A stretch of DNA of 45,749 nt, counting the filler, from Jimgerdemannia flammicorona (taxonomy: Eukaryota), in assembly GCA_003990765.1 (NCBI GenBank). It is 2 parts of 2 records of this genome, joined end to end, with 100 filler letters (N's around TTAATTAATTAA, not from the genome) between each part and the next. Parts side by side here need not be neighbours in the genome. Positions count along the whole stretch, not along the records: positions 22,926 to 45,749 come from RBNJ01001199.1; 1 more part is not named here. One strand, given 5' to 3'. Under the pieces are notes generated by a model. The model made no database searches. It was not told where the DNA came from and saw nothing but the letters and a program-made list of their open reading frames with translations. This document shows positions 24,123 through 37,878 of the stretch, piece by piece. The translations under genes were made by a program, and so were the position numbers. Each line of letters begins with the position of its first letter. Within the stretch, counting starts at the first letter, position 1.

Positions 24123-25988
24123 TCATAACTGTTCCCACGGCCGATATATCACCAAATCCTTCTCGTCTTCATCCTCGTCCTGCAGGCCCTCCTTGCTGAT
24201 GGTCCTCACCTTCTTGAGTAGCGGATACTCGTGCTCGGGCGTAGACAGGTACTCCGCTTGCCTCATCCGCATCTTCCTAAACTCATTGCGGATGTCCTGG
24301 GGGGATCCTTCAGCCTCTTCGCAGTTGTAGTGCACATCCCATTGGTCGTCGCCATGCGGGTCCAGCGACACGGGCTCAAGGGATCGCTCCCCGTTTACGG
24401 TCGAGAACGCCATTAGCCGATATTTGGCCAGGGTCTGGAACGGTTCGAATTTGTCCGTCCCCGTGGTGAAAAAGGTCGAGCTTGGTTCGTTTGCTGGCAC
24501 CTGCGGCTCGCCATGAATGTCAGGAACTACCTCGACGAAAATATTCATTCTCGGCATCACGTAGTGAGTATCAAAAGAGAGACGAAGGGTCTGCAGACCA
24601 AGATAAACCAAGTTTAGAACGTGAAGATAACGCGTGTGCAGTTCCACAAAACAATACAGCGTGTTATTTTCTCACCTTTTCGGGATATTTTTCTGTAGCG
24701 GTGTTGAGCACTTCGTTGAGGAGCTTGATCGAAGTAGCGAATGCTTTCTCACCCATCACCGAGTTGCCGTACAGCCGTGCATCCATCTCATCCAAAGAAA
24801 TGTACTGGAAACCAAAGATCCTCGACGTGTTGTGGAAGGCTACAAAGACCCCATCCATATGACCCATGCGTGCTTGGAAACTATTGATAAAATATATCGG
24901 TAGAACCCCCTAAGAAACGTTCCAAAGTGTCCACAACGGAAGTAACACACATTCAGATCCTCCATTTACCTGTACTTGAGGAATGCCGACCGTATCATAT
25001 CATAGTATTCGCGCTCAAAGGACTCGAACAGACCGTGGGATCGTTTGAGTTGGTAACCACCGTAGTCCGCGTAATTCTGTTGATCTAACCGTATGGGAAT
25101 CACTGCACGGGTCTTGAGGTCGAAGATCTTGTTTGGTAGCCGCTCATCCTGGCAGTCAAGCTGCGATCGCAATAGAAAATTTCCAATCTATGTTCGTGGG
25201 AGGCCATCATAAAATTGGTTAACAAGCACGTATTCGATCATGTTACTGAAAAAAATAAAATAAAAATAAAAATAAAATAAAATACAAAGAATCCCCCAAT
25301 AAACATGTACATATTACATCCAGAGGTCGCTCACCTGGCCGTATGCGTAAGTCTCCGGCTGGTTTTTCTCCTGCTCAGTCAATTGCGCCGAGTTTTCCTT
25401 GCGGTATCTTTCAAATTCGGACGGTGGCAACGTCAACATTTTTTCCATTGATTTACCCTAAAATATTTTAGACAAGGCATGATAAATGTCAGAGGAGTAC
25501 TTGTACTCACGACATTAGCGGGATCATGGAAAATACCCAACGTACCAAAACTGAGAGAATCGTTTCGTTCACGTCGTAGCTCTTGTCAACATCAATTGCG
25601 TATACACCCTCCTTGTACCGCAGAAATATCGACGCCGGTGCACGCGAGGCTCGATTGAAGGTCGTTGCCTTTGCCCACGGTCGTTATCCAACAAGGATCA
25701 ATATTATATATACATAAACGTCAGAATTAATAGAATCGACATCCATTGTCAATTGAAGTGTTCTAGCATTAATATAATGTAGACGACACAATACCTCATC
25801 CTTGAACGCGCTCGATAATGGCGAGAGGTCCACTGGCTTCCATCCCGAGATGACGAAGTAGAAATGAGAGAGAACAGAAGTCGTAGAGGATGTGGACCCG
25901 ACATAACGCTTACCCATGTCCTTGGCCATCGACCAAAGCGTCTAGTATTGGGTGTAGAATAAATAAATTAAAATTTCAAGGCGACGGG

Positions 25989-26024
<36 letters not shown>

Positions 26025-27138
26025 TTGCGTGGGCGAGTTTTTACCTCGTCTTTAGACGACGTGATATAAGGTGCGAGTGCAGAATAGTCGAAGTCAGCGG
26101 GCGGAGTGATGCGCTTCAAGTATGGGTCAAAGTTAAAAACCTTTGACCGCGGGTCCTGAAGGTAGTGAACGCCAGGACTATCAAGAAATTACATATGTAA
26201 GGGTGAATAACAACGCCAAGAATCGGTGGTTGGATTGGTGAAAGGTCAAAATCACGCAAATATATTACGGCTGTTGCATACTTAAACAACGCGCGATCAA
26301 GGCCATGTGCCAAATGGGGTACCGGCGGAGTTTCCCCTGGTGGCAAAACCTCTGTTAAAATTGGGATAATGAAATAATTAGAAACTGCTTACTATCGAAT
26401 AGTGCAACCGGCGATAACAAAGAAATTTCAATGATACTTACTCTCATACTTCAACTCATTAGTAACTATATTTTTCCAGTTACCCACTGCCATCAATTTC
26501 TCCCGTAAGGAGGAGACGGGCCTTTTCACCGATTTTTTTCGGAAAGAGGGAGGAGACTGTTGAGGCTGCAGCCAGTCGGGAAACTCGATCGCCCGCGGAG
26601 CTTTGGTCATTGATTCGGCAGCCTTTTCACCTGTCCCCTCCTTCGGCTCCAAAGATTCATTGTCCACTGACTTCGCAAAGGGATCAGATGAAAGAAAATA
26701 ATTTAGCGATGACGGTACGCGGGGGGCATTGGTCGCTCTATTTTCCATCAACGCCTCAGCCACAGCCGCTGCTTCTTCCTCGGCATCTGCTTTTGCCTTG
26801 GTCGCTGCTTTTACTGCTGTTGCCTCTGCTTTTGCTGCTGCTGCGACCTTCTTGCGTTTTTTTTTCGTTCGTGTGGATTCCAACGACTCGGTGCTGGAAG
26901 TGCTCGGAAGGCCAGCTGAATTTTGTTGAAATGTGTGCTTCGGAACCCCCGGTTGCTTTTTGGCTCGACGTTTTCCATCTGGCGACGGTGTTGAGACAGC
27001 TGGATTGGCTTTGATCGTGTTTGGATCTGTTGTATACAAGGGCCGGTAGAAAACGGAAACTACTCGTGGTGCTGAATATATGGATGGCTTCAAGCACAAA
27101 AGGCGCACAACAGGGTGGGTTCGGCAGAGCGCAAGCAT
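24123..27138 (-). CDS. PET127: mitochondrial 5'-3' exoribonuclease Pet127 (multi-exon)
   Basis: PHLAHGLDRALFNPGVHYLQDPRS, YVGSTSS, RSQLDC, FDLKTRAV, FEREYYDMIRSAFLKY, MDGVFVAFHNT..FGFQY. Arg-rich N-terminal presequence-like start (MLALCRTHPVVRLLCLK). Confidence 0.92.
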
Positions 27139-27825
27139 GCTGATCGGATGTTTCGATCAATGCGCTTGTAGCATTTTTTTTATGAATCGAGGCAAACACG
27201 TCACGAATTTTCGCAACAGACTACGTCACCACATTTCCATATATAATTAATATAATAAACTATGTCTATTCTAAGGATAATGAGCCTCTCTTTCCAATGC
27301 CAGCGTCCCCAAGAACACTAGTCTCTGCTATGCTCTCCCAGCCAACAACGTGACTTTTCAACAGAGTACCCAAACTTTGTACATGTACAGCGGGAGATTT
27401 CAATTCATCAACAACCTTTTATTTTGCTATAATACATGGTGGCTTTCTTGCACTGCCGATATGTGTGCGATGAAAGGTCAAATTGGTAAAATTACAGAGA
27501 TTAAATTACTCATGTAACTGATAGGTTGCGGAAGTCCATGGTGTGCCATCTCGAGCAAGTGATACCCATCCCGGAAAAATTGCATCCAAGGGAACGGCAA
27601 GGGACGTAGAGAAAAAGAATGTTCATAGGCTCTAGAGACAGGGTATATCATACAACCGATACCGGAAGATGTAAGGTTTGCGAGGCCCTGTAAGCGCTAT
27701 CTTCCGACATCTCAAATTCATCCCACCACCCCTTGGATAACGACATGCAATATTCTCCGTTGCCGAAGATCGGCATCCACCCTCCTTAATCCACCTCAAC
27801 ACCTCCCAAAGCCATCGCAAATAGC

Positions 27826-30464
27826 TCACAGCTCCTCCCTTATCTCAGCCTTCAACCTCCCAATCTCCTCTTTCAAGTCGTCCAAGCTCGCCTTCAACGT
27901 CTTCACATCATCAAACTTCCGCTTTTTCTGCGCCTCGGCCACGTACGATTCCACGGACGCGCACTGTTCCTCAAGCACCTTGATCACCTCTTGCAACTCC
28001 GCTGCCTTCTGGCCCATGTTTTTGCTCTTCCCGGTTCCGTTTACGGGCTCCGCTAATGTGCTTCGCAAGGGTTTCAAGATCTTGGGAAGCATCTGTAGCG
28101 GGAACATGTGCTTTTGGAGGTAATGCGTAGCCGCGATGTGGATATTGGTATGCAAGCGTTTCAGGGAGGCCGACCGTGTTGGGAGTGAAAAGATGCGCTT
28201 TGAGATCGTGTCGTACGAGGTAAAGTCGTCGAGGAGTTCTTTACGGATTTTAGCGGCTGCAACATAATCCGGGTGGGGTTGCTGACTCATTCCCTGTTGT
28301 CTGGAATGGATAGGAAAGTTATCCGGATTGCTTGATTAGATGACCACTCATTACAATATGCCCACTCACATTACAAGTGAAGAATCATACAAAAAACATA
28401 ACGACTTACTCCAACATCACTACCATCTCTTGGAATTGTGGCAACACCTTCTCAATGTTCCGCCGCAGTTGCGCCAGCTGCGCATATAGCCCAATGACCG
28501 GTAACGGACGCGATAACTCCTCATACTGTATTTTACGCCTACCAAAACCACATCATATACGGTCAGTATCTGGCATATCACCCAACGATTTCCGCTCCCT
28601 TCCATCTAAGCGGCCATCCGCCTACCTAAACACAGCCTTCCTGCACTCCCGACACGCCCTCGTCTCGCCTACGGGGTCCTCATCTGTCGCATCCGTCGCC
28701 ATGTTCAGGAACAAGGGTATCGGACCAGAGCACCGGGGCTCGCCACAAACGACACGTCCGCAGAGGCGGCAGTGATGTTTGCGGTTTGTTAGAGTGAAAT
28801 TGTGCCTGTTGTGCGAACATACAATGCGCGGTTAAGGTGCGGCAGAATTCGGATAAGCAAGGCGGCAAACACGCCATGCTTAAGTCTGCCACGATTAGCA
28901 ATCCATTACCCATTAGAATCTGGCCTCTCATTATCATGAAACCTACGTGCATAACGGACATACTAGCGCGGATGCATTGTCAGCCCACTTGACTACCGCC
29001 TTCTCGCCATCTGGGTGTGGAGATGGATGCACAGTTCAATAAAGGAGAGATGCGCAGAAGCCCCAGACCAACAGCGATTCATGAGTGCGGGACTCGTATC
29101 ACACAACACCGCCTTCTGACTGCCCATCTTATTTCCCAGCCGCTCCGCAATTGACGGACATAGCAACACACCCACCTCGGACTTTCTTCAATGTCAGCAG
29201 GCTCGGCGTCGCGGCCGGATTAGGCCTCGGTCTCGTCGACAGCACGCTGCTCATGGTGGACGTCGAGTCCGACCGCTTCGGACTGGACGACTGCGGAAGC
29301 ATCAGCACTGGCGCATTCGGGTTCACGATAGGCGCGGATGACGCTGTGGCGTCAGCGTAGACGCGCGCCAGCTTCTCGAGCCGCTTCTCGAGCCGGTTTG
29401 ACTCTAAGTGAACACGCTCAATTGTCTTCTTGCGGATCCCGAGGAAAGTAGCGGAGTGGTCGCGGCGGGCGCCTGGAGAAGACAGGAAGGAGAAAGCGTT
29501 GTAGTTGTAGGGGTGTGAGAAAGCGGTAGACACAAGTGATTGCAATTCAACGGGCAGACGATTATGGTTTATAGTAATAGTATAAATAACACACCATCAT
29601 AATCGAAATATCCCTCCCTTAGGCCATAACAAGACTCGCATGCCCTACACCAAATGCCATTCTGGGGATCGTGTTGCGCTGATGTGGACAGGCGCATCTG
29701 CAGTTGGCAGTGTGCGTCGCAATATAAACGGCCACATCTTTGGAGTGATGAAGATGAAAGAAGGCATGCCAAATTAAGGTAGGTCCGTAGGGAACAGTTG
29801 ATATCCTTTCATTTGCGCTTAGCCTATTCAGACTTTACTTTCAAAACTACGTTACGTAAAGCTCTTACTCACTTCATGCAGTGTTGCTTTCCAACCCCAA
29901 TTTTTCCCAACACACTCCCCAGCGCTTTTCCGCACCCAGGATGCGTGCAAATATCCTGCCCGGTCTCTCGCTGCCAGTGCTTATTCGTCACGAGTTCCAT
30001 GGCACGCTCCTGCTCGGGCGTGAAGCTGTTGAGGGTGGTTCCACCGACCACGTTGCTGAGGGTTAGATTGTTGAAGTTACTAAGAAGATTCTGGTCGACG
30101 AGGGAGGAGAAGGATTTGGTGATGGTGTTGGCGGACGAGCCAGTTGCAGCCGAGAGGGGAGACTTGTTGGAGAGAACGCGTTTCTGGGTGTTACGGAACC
30201 ATGAGACGAGGATGTTTTTAGACTCTTCTTCAGTGTGCGCGTCGTCGATGTGCTATATGATACGAGACGATGGTCAAGAGGTTGGTTAGGAGCTGTTGGT
30301 TCCGGACGATTTCGGAGGGGGTATCAAGGGCAACCATCCTGCACCTGATTGAGCTGCTGGAGCGACACACAGGCCAGCTCGCATATAGGGCATAACGCTT
30401 GGTCTGCTGGAACGTAGTCTGCATAGTCGTACTGAGTCTGCGAAGGTCGAACTGCGGAGGCCAT
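27826..30464 (-). CDS. PEP7: Pep7/Vac1/rabenosyn-5: C2H2 finger, two FYVE domains, Rab-binding C-terminus (multi-exon)
   Basis: CPICELAC..LNQ|HIDDAH. FYVE1 HWQ...CTHPGC...KQHCMK|CGRLYCDAHC...CRACESC. FYVE2 RKHHCRLCGRVVC...CREC. C-terminal AQKKRKFDDVKTLKASLDDL. Confidence 0.88.
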
Positions 30465-30760
30465 GTCGTGAATGATGTTGGGAGAATACAAAGGATTCAA
30501 AGGGCAAGGCCTCGGGCCAAGACTCAGAGGAAATCACGAGAACCCCCATCCATGACATCATCGCCTCGTTTCGGCTATCTTGACCCCAATTTAACAGGCT
30601 TTTTATCAAATTGGTTTATTTTTTACGTTTCTGGGTTACTTATTCTTTTGTATTGATTGGCCTAGATGACTGCATTATTATATATACACTGATTGGAATG
30701 TGTCTTTTTAGAATCCACACTTGGTTCTTAAATATAATGTCCTACAGACATTACAAATAT

Positions 30761-31709
30761 TTAAACTTCGCTCATCGGCTCTCTCTCACCCATCGGCGCT
30801 CTCTCACCCATCGGCTCTCTCTCACCCATCGGCTCTCTCTCACCCATCGGCTCTCTCTCACCCATCGGCTCTCTCCTCTCACCCATCGGCTCGCTCCTCT
30901 CATTATTCATCATATTTCTATAGAACCACCTCCCTCTCGCCGTTCTTGGCTCCTTCCCCGATCGAAGCAGACACCACTGAACAAAGTACATCACAGTGAC
31001 CGCCATCAGTGCGAGGACGGCCACGAGCGTCATCCAGATTGCCGGTCCCGTTGTCCCGTACACCTTGACGATGGTGATGGCGTTGACCGCGGCCCTTACG
31101 GCCAGGTACATGACCAGCATGATGATGAACGTGGCGATAGCGAAGACGAGGGCGACGATGGACAGAACGACAGGCGCAAAGCCGTGATGCCCCTTGTGCC
31201 GCAGCGTCACGAGTCCGGTCACGAAGACAAGGAAGGTGAGGCAGATGCAGGGGATGAAGACGCCGGCATGGACACGGACGAGATCGGTTTGGATGTAGCT
31301 GGGTATCATGGAGGCTAGAGCCTGTGGAACGGTTCTGGAGGGGAACATATTTGTTAGACCAATCTGGAGAAAGCCTAGTCAATAACCGAAATTCGCCCGA
31401 GTGCTCACCAAACTTGTACCCTAGTGTTGGGGGGCTGCAGAACGTCACGCCCTTCGCATAAAGCCCTTGGCAGAACCCGAACAGGCCGAACGTCACAAAA
31501 TCCGGGTCACCAAGAGCGTGCTGGATATCGCTTGGAATCAAGCCGTTCGGAATCAAACCGCTCGGAATCAAGCCGGTGTCCGCTATAATGTCGAGGCGGA
31601 AGTAGTAGATATCCCGGAAGAAGGCGATATTCCTCACGTCACCGAGGAAAGCGAAGAGCTGCAGAATCAGGGCCACAAAACTCAGGACTGGGATAAGAAT
31701 GTTGATCAT
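30761..31709 (-). CDS. SUR7/PalI (Rim9-like) tetraspan membrane protein, 2 exons, possible frameshift at the exon junction
   Basis: N-terminal TM (MINILIPVLSFVALILQLFAFLG), claudin-like FGLFGFCQ...CSPPTLGY motif, then three further TM helices in the 30761-31348 frame. Confidence 0.75.
30764..30892 (-). repeat. 18-bp coding tandem repeat (EPMGER x ~7)
   Basis: CATCGGCTCTCTCTCACC units on the plus strand, near-identical. Confidence 0.9.
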
Positions 31710-32360
31710 GATTCCAGCTCGGTTGCTCTGTGGTTGAGTGGTCCGGCTGGATGAACGGTGGGAAGAGACGGGGGAAGCGGGCAGGTGAGAAACGTTCTCG
31801 AGCAATGGAGGAGGAGAGGGGGGTAATGCAATACATTGATAGCTTACAATTGACTGTTTACAATGGTTTTATGTGAAGAGAATTAGTTTCAATTATGGTT
31901 TGAGATCTTGTCAATGGCAATTATGGGGATTGTTGATGTATGCAAGCGTATGTCATAAGTACAGAAATTCTTAGTACACAGACAGAATATACGGGTTACC
32001 TACAGCAAGATAGTTGACCGATATGAGAGGACACCGAGAAAACGCAACGCGGCCTCCCCCTCTTAATAAGTACCATGTTTGGGCACCTTGTGTCGTCATC
32101 GTTGCTCAGCACGAAGTCGAACGCCCTCAGATCTGGCGTTCTGGAGGGGAGGCGTCATTGATGGAGTTGATGGAGGCAAGTGCAATGGAAATCGAGAGGC
32201 GCTTGTCCATTGTTAGAAGTGGGCGTACTATACAGAAGTATATAAATGACCTGAGAAATTTGAGTGACGTCATACACGCGAGGAACACGTGTGTTGAACT
32301 CAAAAGGCTACAACCGCTAAGTACAACCTCGTGCCTTCCGAGATCGCGAAGCGTGTAAAG

Positions 32361-35300
32361 ATGACAGACGTGCCTGAGAACGACCCCGCAGACGATTTGT
32401 TCGTCAATCATAGCATCCCGGACCTAAGGGGTTTGGAGAAGAAAACTAGGTATGCGGACCCTGAGTTTGAATGACAGACCCGTCTGATTGTCGAAATGCT
32501 TAACCCTCTTGGCTCCACCCATGCAGAGCCGACATCGAGAGTAAACGCCAGGAGCTCCGGTTAATGGTGGGGTACGTAAAACTCAGCGCAACGTGCACTG
32601 ACATCTAGATTGCCATCCTTCTCAGTGTTCTTGTTACCACAATTACATTGACTTTTCGGACGTGAATCATATAGTGAGCGGTATCGCGACCTGATATCGG
32701 CAGCGGACGCGATTGTGTCGATGCGCGAGAACGCGCTCTCAGTGCAGGCCATGCTCGACAAGATGCAGGACTTGTGTAATGTCAACTCTATCAAGCGGAA
32801 GGCGGCCGTCAGGCTGCCAGGGAGGAACAAGGACCCCACGGCTGGTAAGATTCTTTCATACGTCTCATTCTCCGGACCAGGTATCAAATGGATGGATGCC
32901 AAGAGCTGAGACTCCCTTCCTTTTCGAAATAGAGCAGAAGAAGCGCTATCTGTACACCGCCGCGGCTCAGATCAAGCTGCTCGTAGACGTACCAGAACAG
33001 GTCTGTCTAATGCCTCTTTTGTCTTTTCAGCTGCCCGTCGTTTGCCGCTAACATCGATTGATTGAATCGTTTTCATCCGTACTCTCAGGTCTGGCACGCG
33101 CTTGAGCAGGATCATTATCTGACTGCTGCGCGCCTGTACCTGATCGCCAAAGTGGTGTACAAGAACTTACAGGCTGAGCAAGAGGATGTGCCGTTTACAG
33201 TTGGAGTGAGTTTTGTGATTGGAGAGATGTGAGAACGAATGGGCAAAAATACCAAGTAACTAGAGTAAAGTCTTTCCAACTAATTTGGTTTACATTGTGA
33301 AAATGGTAAACAGACGACATTTCCCGTCGTGCAGCGCCAGTGGGACGCTGTCAGCCATTTCAAAACGCAGATCGTGCAGAAGGGCGTCCAATACTTGAAG
33401 GTCGTGGATCAATCAGAGCAGGTGAGGGCTTGGTAATTATATCTAATATTATCAGGAAGCACGTCAATGCGAACGATCTGGCCATCTAATTATATATGTA
33501 CATACTGTGGTTCATTAGAACGTGGCCGAGACACTCTGCACACTCATGCTCCTGGACGACGCCACAATCAAGGACACCTTCCGACGACTGCTCGACATGC
33601 GGATCATCGCGTTGACCGAACTCTTCACCGCTCCTCTCGTGAGCGGCGGTGACCAGCAAGTTATGACCCATAAGCTCGCTGAGCGTCTGCGCGAGATTGT
33701 TGAAGTTATCCGGCGCACGCTACACCACGTACATGCCGTATACATCCGCCCGGCTGAACCTTCCCGCTCGTCCGAGGACCCATCCGAGAACGGCGAGGCT
33801 ACAACTTCCAAGAGCCTACTCGAAGTCTATCTCGACCGGCTCCAACGTGGGTTCACTATCGCCGATGATAACGTCGATCCTGCGAGCGCCCCTCCCACCC
33901 CGGTCGCGACCTCGGCCTCCAACTCTTTCCTCCTCGGCGCCATTGTGCCCCCAACTCCCACTACGGCAACACGACATTCGTCCATCTCGCGGCTCTATGC
34001 CCCGACGACTAACATACACCTCCTCGTGCGCTACCTTCCTGAGTCCGTGCAAACCTTCACACCCTTCCTGCAGCTGCACGGCCCTCGCGCCGTTTTCACC
34101 CGTGACGACGTACGCAAGGGGGCGCGGAATTGGGTCGAGCAGGCGGCGGAGGTTGTGTCGGAGCGGCTGGACGCGTTGCTTGGGAACGTCCTGAGCGCCG
34201 CGCAGCTGGTGCAGGTTCGGGCCGCGGTGTGGGAGGCCGTGATACTGGACGAGACGGACGGTAGAGTCGCGCCGCATGACAGGGCGAAGGTGGGTGCTGC
34301 GAGGGAGAGAAGAGCGAGCATTCATCCGGCCACGCTGAAGCTACTGAGTGCGGAGCAGGGAAACGAAGAAACGTGGGCACAGGTGAGATACAATGTATTG
34401 TTTCTGATGGGCGGTCGTTTCTTAACGTCCCCACGTTCGTTGCTACAATCTGTTGTGCTCAAATTGTATCTTGTATGCTCACGCCTCGAAACCCTCCCTC
34501 GTATCATATCCATCAGGTCTGTTCTTCTCTCCTCGGCCAATCCCTCTCAATTTGGACCACCTACCTCCGCGCAGGCTTCACCCACCGTTTTCAGTGTGTG
34601 ATGCGTGAACACCTTGACCATGTCGTGCGACAGCCGCAAGAGCTACTTCGTCGCAAGGTGGACTCGCTGGGCAGCCAACCAACCTCCTCTACTGTGGAGG
34701 AAGACTGTCATCTGGGTGACTTCGTGTGGTCTCCCGTCCAGACCGCAGCGGCCTCCGCGGCGGGCACGACGCCCGCGCTGTTCGACACGCGCGAATTCAA
34801 GGAGCGCGTGCGCCGGTCCGTGGCCGTCGAGACCGGGCCTGTGCACCAGGCCCTGACAGGCTTTGACGAGGTGATGCGGAGGGTTAGAGATGATCAGTGG
34901 GCCGTGCTGGGGAAGGGAAGTGGGTGGTGGGGAGGGAGGGAGGATTGGGATGAAGGGCGCGGTGAGGCCGAGGAGGATCTGTTCGGCGTACAGAGGTGAG
35001 TTGTGGCGTGTGAAGGGTTATGGTTATGGAAAGCTTTGAAAGTCGGGGGAATGTGAGGACGCAGAACGGTTATATATATGTGCCCTTGTTTACTGACGTT
35101 TGTGTTTGCTTTTCGATTGGGCTTCTAGCGATACGCAACAATTGCGTGCGACTTTCAAGGATGAGTGTTCTCGTGCCGTGACTCGATATTGCGAGGAGTT
35201 GGCGGCGTTGCTACAATCACCAACCGTCAGCGAGGTTGATTCAAGTGGGTATTTTGATGGCACGGACGAGGGGTTATTGTCAGATCCCTGTGTTCTTGCT

Positions 35301-36931
35301 ATTGACTCAATTTGCCCCGATATTATTCTCTTTGCAGCCATTCTCCTGGATCGATTTCTCCTTGTCGGTCGTATCGCGCGAGCAATCGCCAACGACTCTG
35401 CCGAGCTACCCAGGCTGTTTGAGAACTTCACGGCCGCTAACAATAACATGAAGGACGCGACCTCAACTTTGGCGTCGAGTCGGCCGCAGGGGTATACGTA
35501 TTCCAGCCTAGCTTATAAGCAGGAACTCGGTTAGCAATTTTCCCCCTTTTTACTTTTATTATAAGGCGAGATTGGATGGAGTCGTGCTATCTATATTGTG
35601 TAAGCACTGTCGATACGATATAACCGAGATACGTGTTTCCCCAACCTTCACAGATCCACGTTTGATCCAGGCACGGCACACTTTACTTGACCTTTACACC
35701 AACTTCCATACCGCGTGGATCGACGCTCTAGCTATGCGCACAAATTCCAGTATCCGCGAAATGTTATACGGGTCGCGATGGGATGATGCGGCTGCGCAGT
35801 TACTTGTTTGGGAAGGTCGGTTCCCAAGGGCGTTCAGAATAATTTAAATTGAAGAATTTCTTGTAGTATTTGCGTAGAATCCTGTGATGGTGCTCAAGAC
35901 AACCGACATCACTTCTCTCCCCCATCCCCTCTCTTTCCCGAAATTTGTTGGCATCGCACGCAACAGCCGTCACGGCCTTCGACGCGTCGGGCAAAACTGA
36001 GGACTCTGCCGCGGACCGGATCCGTCTCCCCGCGCACGTGTCCACCGTGATTATCACGGTTCTGTTCGGCGTCTGCGAAGAGCTACATCGCGTTGGGTGC
36101 GCGACGTTGGATCATGTGTGTAGAGTAGGATCCAGGGCTTAAATGATTGCATCTGCTTGCTTTGTATGAAGTATAAGGATTATGATACTGACGGAGTCTG
36201 CATGCGTAGGTCATCCTCCGCCGCCTTCTTCGCTCCCTCTCTGCCAGCATCCTTGCGATCTACCGTGACTTTTTAGCCGAGACCGCCAACACGGAGAGCG
36301 ATAACCATGATGTTCGACTGATTTCCGAGAAGGGTGCACTGCAGTTACTATTTGACGTACGATTCTTGCGACGTGTCTTTGAAGGGGCGTGGAAGGAACC
36401 GAGCAAGGAGATTGGTGTCGAGGAGAGGACCAGAGAAAGCAAGGATGTTGGCGGAGATTTGAAGAAGTTAGCAGATGAGCTTATTGGGGTGATCAAGGCG
36501 AAGGTTGGTTTCCGGTTTGTCTAACCATCAGGATCGGCAATCCGAATTTTTATGGTGATTTCGAAACTCTACGTGTACTGACATCTTATGTTCCTGACTT
36601 CTCGTCTCTCCAAGATTGATCCAATTGACCTGGCAGTTTTCGAGCCGCATCTGGAAGTGAACGTGGAACGACACTACGTGCGCAATTCGATACTACTTGG
36701 TCTGCTGTTGCAATTGAATCCCCGACCTGCGGAAACGTGAGTAGCATCATGCTCTTTCGTTAGGCTACATTGATCACTTAACTCTAACCATCCATCCATC
36801 ATAACCATAACAGGAGGCGCAAAGCACTCGCGATCCAAGAGTTCTTCAATACGTTGCCCATGGCTCCGCAAGCGCCGAGGTTCACACTACTGCCGATCGG
36901 ACATAAATCTGGGGGACGGTTGATTTCATAG
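32361..36931 (+). CDS. COG1: conserved oligomeric Golgi complex subunit 1 (Vps51/Vps67-type N-terminus), multi-exon
   Basis: DDLF..HSI...ESKRQELRLMVG|ERYRDLISAADAI; AQIKLLVDVPEQ|VWHALE; FPVVQRQW; ALQLLFDVRFL; IDPIDLAVFEPHL; C-terminal PRFTLLPI. Stop at 36929-36931. Confidence 0.88.
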
Positions 36932-37131
36932 AAGGGGTTTGGTTCGAAAATAAAAATACAATATGTAGATATATGCAAAATACAATAATTAGATCATGTG
37001 GCCGCGGGCTGCACCCGAAATAAATATCTCGTCAGAGCCTGGCTGACATCACAGCTTCGCCACAGAAAGACCAGCTACAGAAAGACCAGTCCACAAAGCT
37101 GGGGGACGGCACCCTCCTTCCACACACCGCC

Positions 37132-37293
37132 ATGCTACGCCGCGAGCCCACGCGCATCAACCTCCGCCCCACGGATATCGCCGAGTTCAACCGTCTGCGT
37201 GCCGAGTACGTCGCTAGCCTGCAGCAGAAGGGAGGACAGAGCGCCGGAGCCGCCTCCAGAGGGGCCGAGGGGTCGTCGTCGTCGTCGTCGTCG

Positions 37294-37331
<38 letters not shown>

Positions 37332-37437
37332 GTCGCGCAACGTCACGCGGCTCTGGCCGCACGAGCAGGCGATGGCGGAGAGGTGGGACAGATGCAGGGA
37401 GGAGAGGAACAGGGCCAAGGGGGAGGAGGCCGAGTAA
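37132..37437 (+). CDS. CDC26: APC/C subunit Cdc26 (101 aa, intronless)
   Basis: Diagnostic N-terminus MLRREPTRINLRPTDIAEF (MLRRxPTxIxL...DI.E). Confidence 0.85.
37273..37335 (+). repeat. (TCG)n microsatellite encoding poly-Ser in CDC26
   Basis: About 21 TCG-type codons with two interruptions. Confidence 0.9.
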
Positions 37438-37878
37438 TCCGATTTGCGGTGGAGCTCTTGCATGCAGTCGTTGCCTGATGGCGATAGGCCTACGCGGATG
37501 ATGCATCGTTGCGGCAAAGACTTTAGTGGCATACGTTGCACGTACGGAATGCGATCTAGTTGTGACAGTAATAACCTCCAGTGTTTCGCAAGCAATACAC
37601 AAGTCGCTGTGCATATTTTTCTGTAGCAATTTTTCTTCCCTCGTATATATTGTCCATTGTGTATTCTCTAGACCATACATGTAAAATGATCCGGAAAGGC
37701 CATGGTGCAATGGTACGATGGTACAACGGGCAATAGAATATAAAGATTGACGTTATCTTTCCTTTTTGAGCTCAATTGCACATACTATTTACAACACTGA
37801 TTTAATATCCCTGTTCTTTGCAAGTATGCAATACTTCGATCCGCAGACACCATTAGTACCGCTCATACCGGGCTCGAG

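Noticed and set aside
32014..32358. 114-aa ORF upstream of COG1
   Set aside because: Non-ATG start, no motif, lies in the divergent promoter; COG1 homology begins at ATG 32361.
27826..36931. PEP7, SUR7/PalI and COG1 as a membrane-trafficking cluster
   Set aside because: They act in different compartments, show no shared regulatory signal, and ordinary housekeeping adjacency is sufficient.
37032..37710. Poly-Asp and poly-Arg ORFs
   Set aside because: Alternative frames and strands of the (TCG)n tract in CDC26.
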